Assembly (NCBI GenBank): GCA_040878345.1
Contig: JBBDML010000019.1
Location: 21,373 to 85,372 of the forward strand
DNA: 64,000 nt
Direction: 5' to 3'
DNA from: Acidimicrobiia bacterium
Lineage (GTDB): Bacteria > Actinomycetota > Acidimicrobiia > Spongiisociales > ZC4RG35
Below, piece after piece: positions 62,893-64,000 of this stretch (positions within the stretch are counted from its first letter, which is position 1; every line of letters begins with the position of its first letter). The position numbers and the translations under genes are program-made. The notes below the pieces were generated by a model, which was given only the letters and a program-made list of their open reading frames with translations, was not told where the DNA came from and searched no databases.

Positions 62893-63732
62893 GTGACCAG
62901 TGAAGTCTCGGCCTCGGAGACGGCACCCAGGACCATAGGCCACATCGGTCTGGCTCTCGTCCTCGCCTCCGCCCTTGGATCGACTCTCGGGATCATCATC
63001 GCCCAGTTCGTCGACAACCTCGGTGACGGGCTCCTCGCCGAGATCATGGGGGGGGAGGCCACGGTCTTCAACAACCGAGCCGAATTCACCGGCGTCACCG
63101 ACCTCGCCTGGGGCGGCGGATTCGCCCTCTGCCTGATCATCGGGTTCATCGCCCTCTTCGCCTATCCGACCCAGAAGGGCCATCAGTTACCCCGGCTGGT
63201 ACTCCTCTGGATGGTGGTCCACCTGCTTCGCCAAGCCATGACTCAGGCGATCATGCTCCCCTTCTCCGCTGACGGCCAGCTTGGCCTGGCGTATGCCACC
63301 CTCGATGCCCCTCCCGGGCTGGACGTGGTGATCGCCGCCGGCGGTGCTGTGGGGCTCCTCCTGGTGGCCCTCTCGGCGGCATCGGCGTTCCTGGCCTTCA
63401 CCCCCCATCGACGCCTGGTCTCCAATGGCCGCAAACGGCTCACCTTCGCCCTGTGGATCGCGGTGATCCCGGCGGCTGCGGCGGTGTTCCTCTCGATCCC
63501 GTTCTTCCTCCCCGACTCGGAGAGCCTGGTGATATCGGGTCTTCCCCTGACCGCGGTGATGTTCCTCGCCACGCTGGCGGCGGCACCGGGGACCACCACC
63601 GTCCAGGGCCCCGAGGACTGGCGTGACACGCCATGGCCCTTCGGTCTGGCTGCCTTCCTGGTGGTGGTGCTGGTCTTTCATCTCCTGGTTCTCCAGGGTG
63701 GGGTCTCGGTGGACCCCAGACAGTGGGGGTAG
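62893..63732 (+). CDS. Hypothetical polytopic membrane protein
   Basis: About 7 hydrophobic segments. GTG 62893 was chosen because the track start (62731) overlaps the divergent thioesterase gene. No family recognised. Confidence 0.5.
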   Translation: MTSEVSASETAPRTIGHIGLALVLASALGSTLGIIIAQFVDNLGDGLLAEIMGGEATVFNNRAEFTGVTDLAWGGGFALCLIIGFIALFAYPTQKGHQLPRLVLLWMVVHLLRQAMTQAIMLPFSADGQLGLAYATLDAPPGLDVVIAAGGAVGLLLVALSAASAFLAFTPHRRLVSNGRKRLTFALWIAVIPAAAAVFLSIPFFLPDSESLVISGLPLTAVMFLATLAAAPGTTTVQGPEDWRDTPWPFGLAAFLVVVLVFHLLVLQGGVSVDPRQWG

Positions 63733-64000
63733 GCGGAGCCACTGTCACCGTCATCACCGTCAGTGACGGGGTGAGCGCCGGTGCGAGAGAAGACGGGTCC
63801 GGGGATGCTCTGGCGGCCATCCTGTCCGGTCGTGGGTTTATCGTGACGCGGACGGTGGTACCCGACGAGGCCGACCAGATCTCCGCTGCCATCTCGGAAG
63901 CCGCCTCGGCCAGCTCACTGGTGGTCACCACCGGGGGGACCGGTTTCGGGCCACGCGACGTCACCCCCGAGGCGACGGCCAGGGTGCTCGACCGGGAGGC
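63723..64000 (+). CDS. mogA: MogA/MoaB-type molybdenum cofactor biosynthesis protein (5' part; runs off the window)
   Basis: Not in the ORF track because it is open-ended. Translating from GTG 63723 gives 'VTVITVSDGVSAGAREDGSG...LVVTTGGTGFGPRDVTPEAT', the MoCF_biosynth signature. Confidence 0.7.
   Translation, partial: MGVGGATVTVITVSDGVSAGAREDGSGDALAAILSGRGFIVTRTVVPDEADQISAAISEAASASSLVVTTGGTGFGPRDVTPEATARVLDRE

Overview
High-GC (Actinomycetota-like, possibly Acidimicrobiia; inference only) chromosomal segment. It is densely packed with about 58 protein genes on both strands, with many GTG/TTG starts and 1-4 nt stop/start overlaps. I found no rRNA, tRNA, CRISPR array, transposase or integrase. 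Most of the window is housekeeping or metabolic: aminotransferase, gpsA, ychF, riboswitch-controlled gcvP, menC/menD/menF, murI, pckA, a peptide-type ABC operon, and a beta-oxidation-like cluster. Observations worth a second look: (1) a tightly coupled herA-mre11(sbcD)-rad50(sbcC)-nurA operon (19.2-25.4 kb) in the canonical archaeal gene order, with an unusual HerA P-loop and a possible RecA-independent damage-promoter motif. (2) A GT78-type single-step mannosylglycerate synthase, translationally coupled to a small DUF606/DMT membrane protein. (3) A DUF222/HNH (13E12-like) gene preceded by a near-perfect LexA box; its ORF has no stop for about 580 nt and runs antisense through a convergent EamA gene. 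It sits next to a lower-GC islet (DUF2652-SRPBCC, EamA, SRPBCC). (4) Two overlapping dynamin/YfjP-like GTPase genes followed by an MscS channel. (5) A 673-aa modular coiled-coil protein with in-frame 60- and 45-nt tandem repeats. (6) An exact 33-nt tandem duplication plus a GTAC-rich inverted repeat upstream of a single-aptamer glycine riboswitch. All family assignments come from motif recognition by eye, since no searches could be run. Many long antisense ORFs in the track are high-GC artefacts and were rejected.
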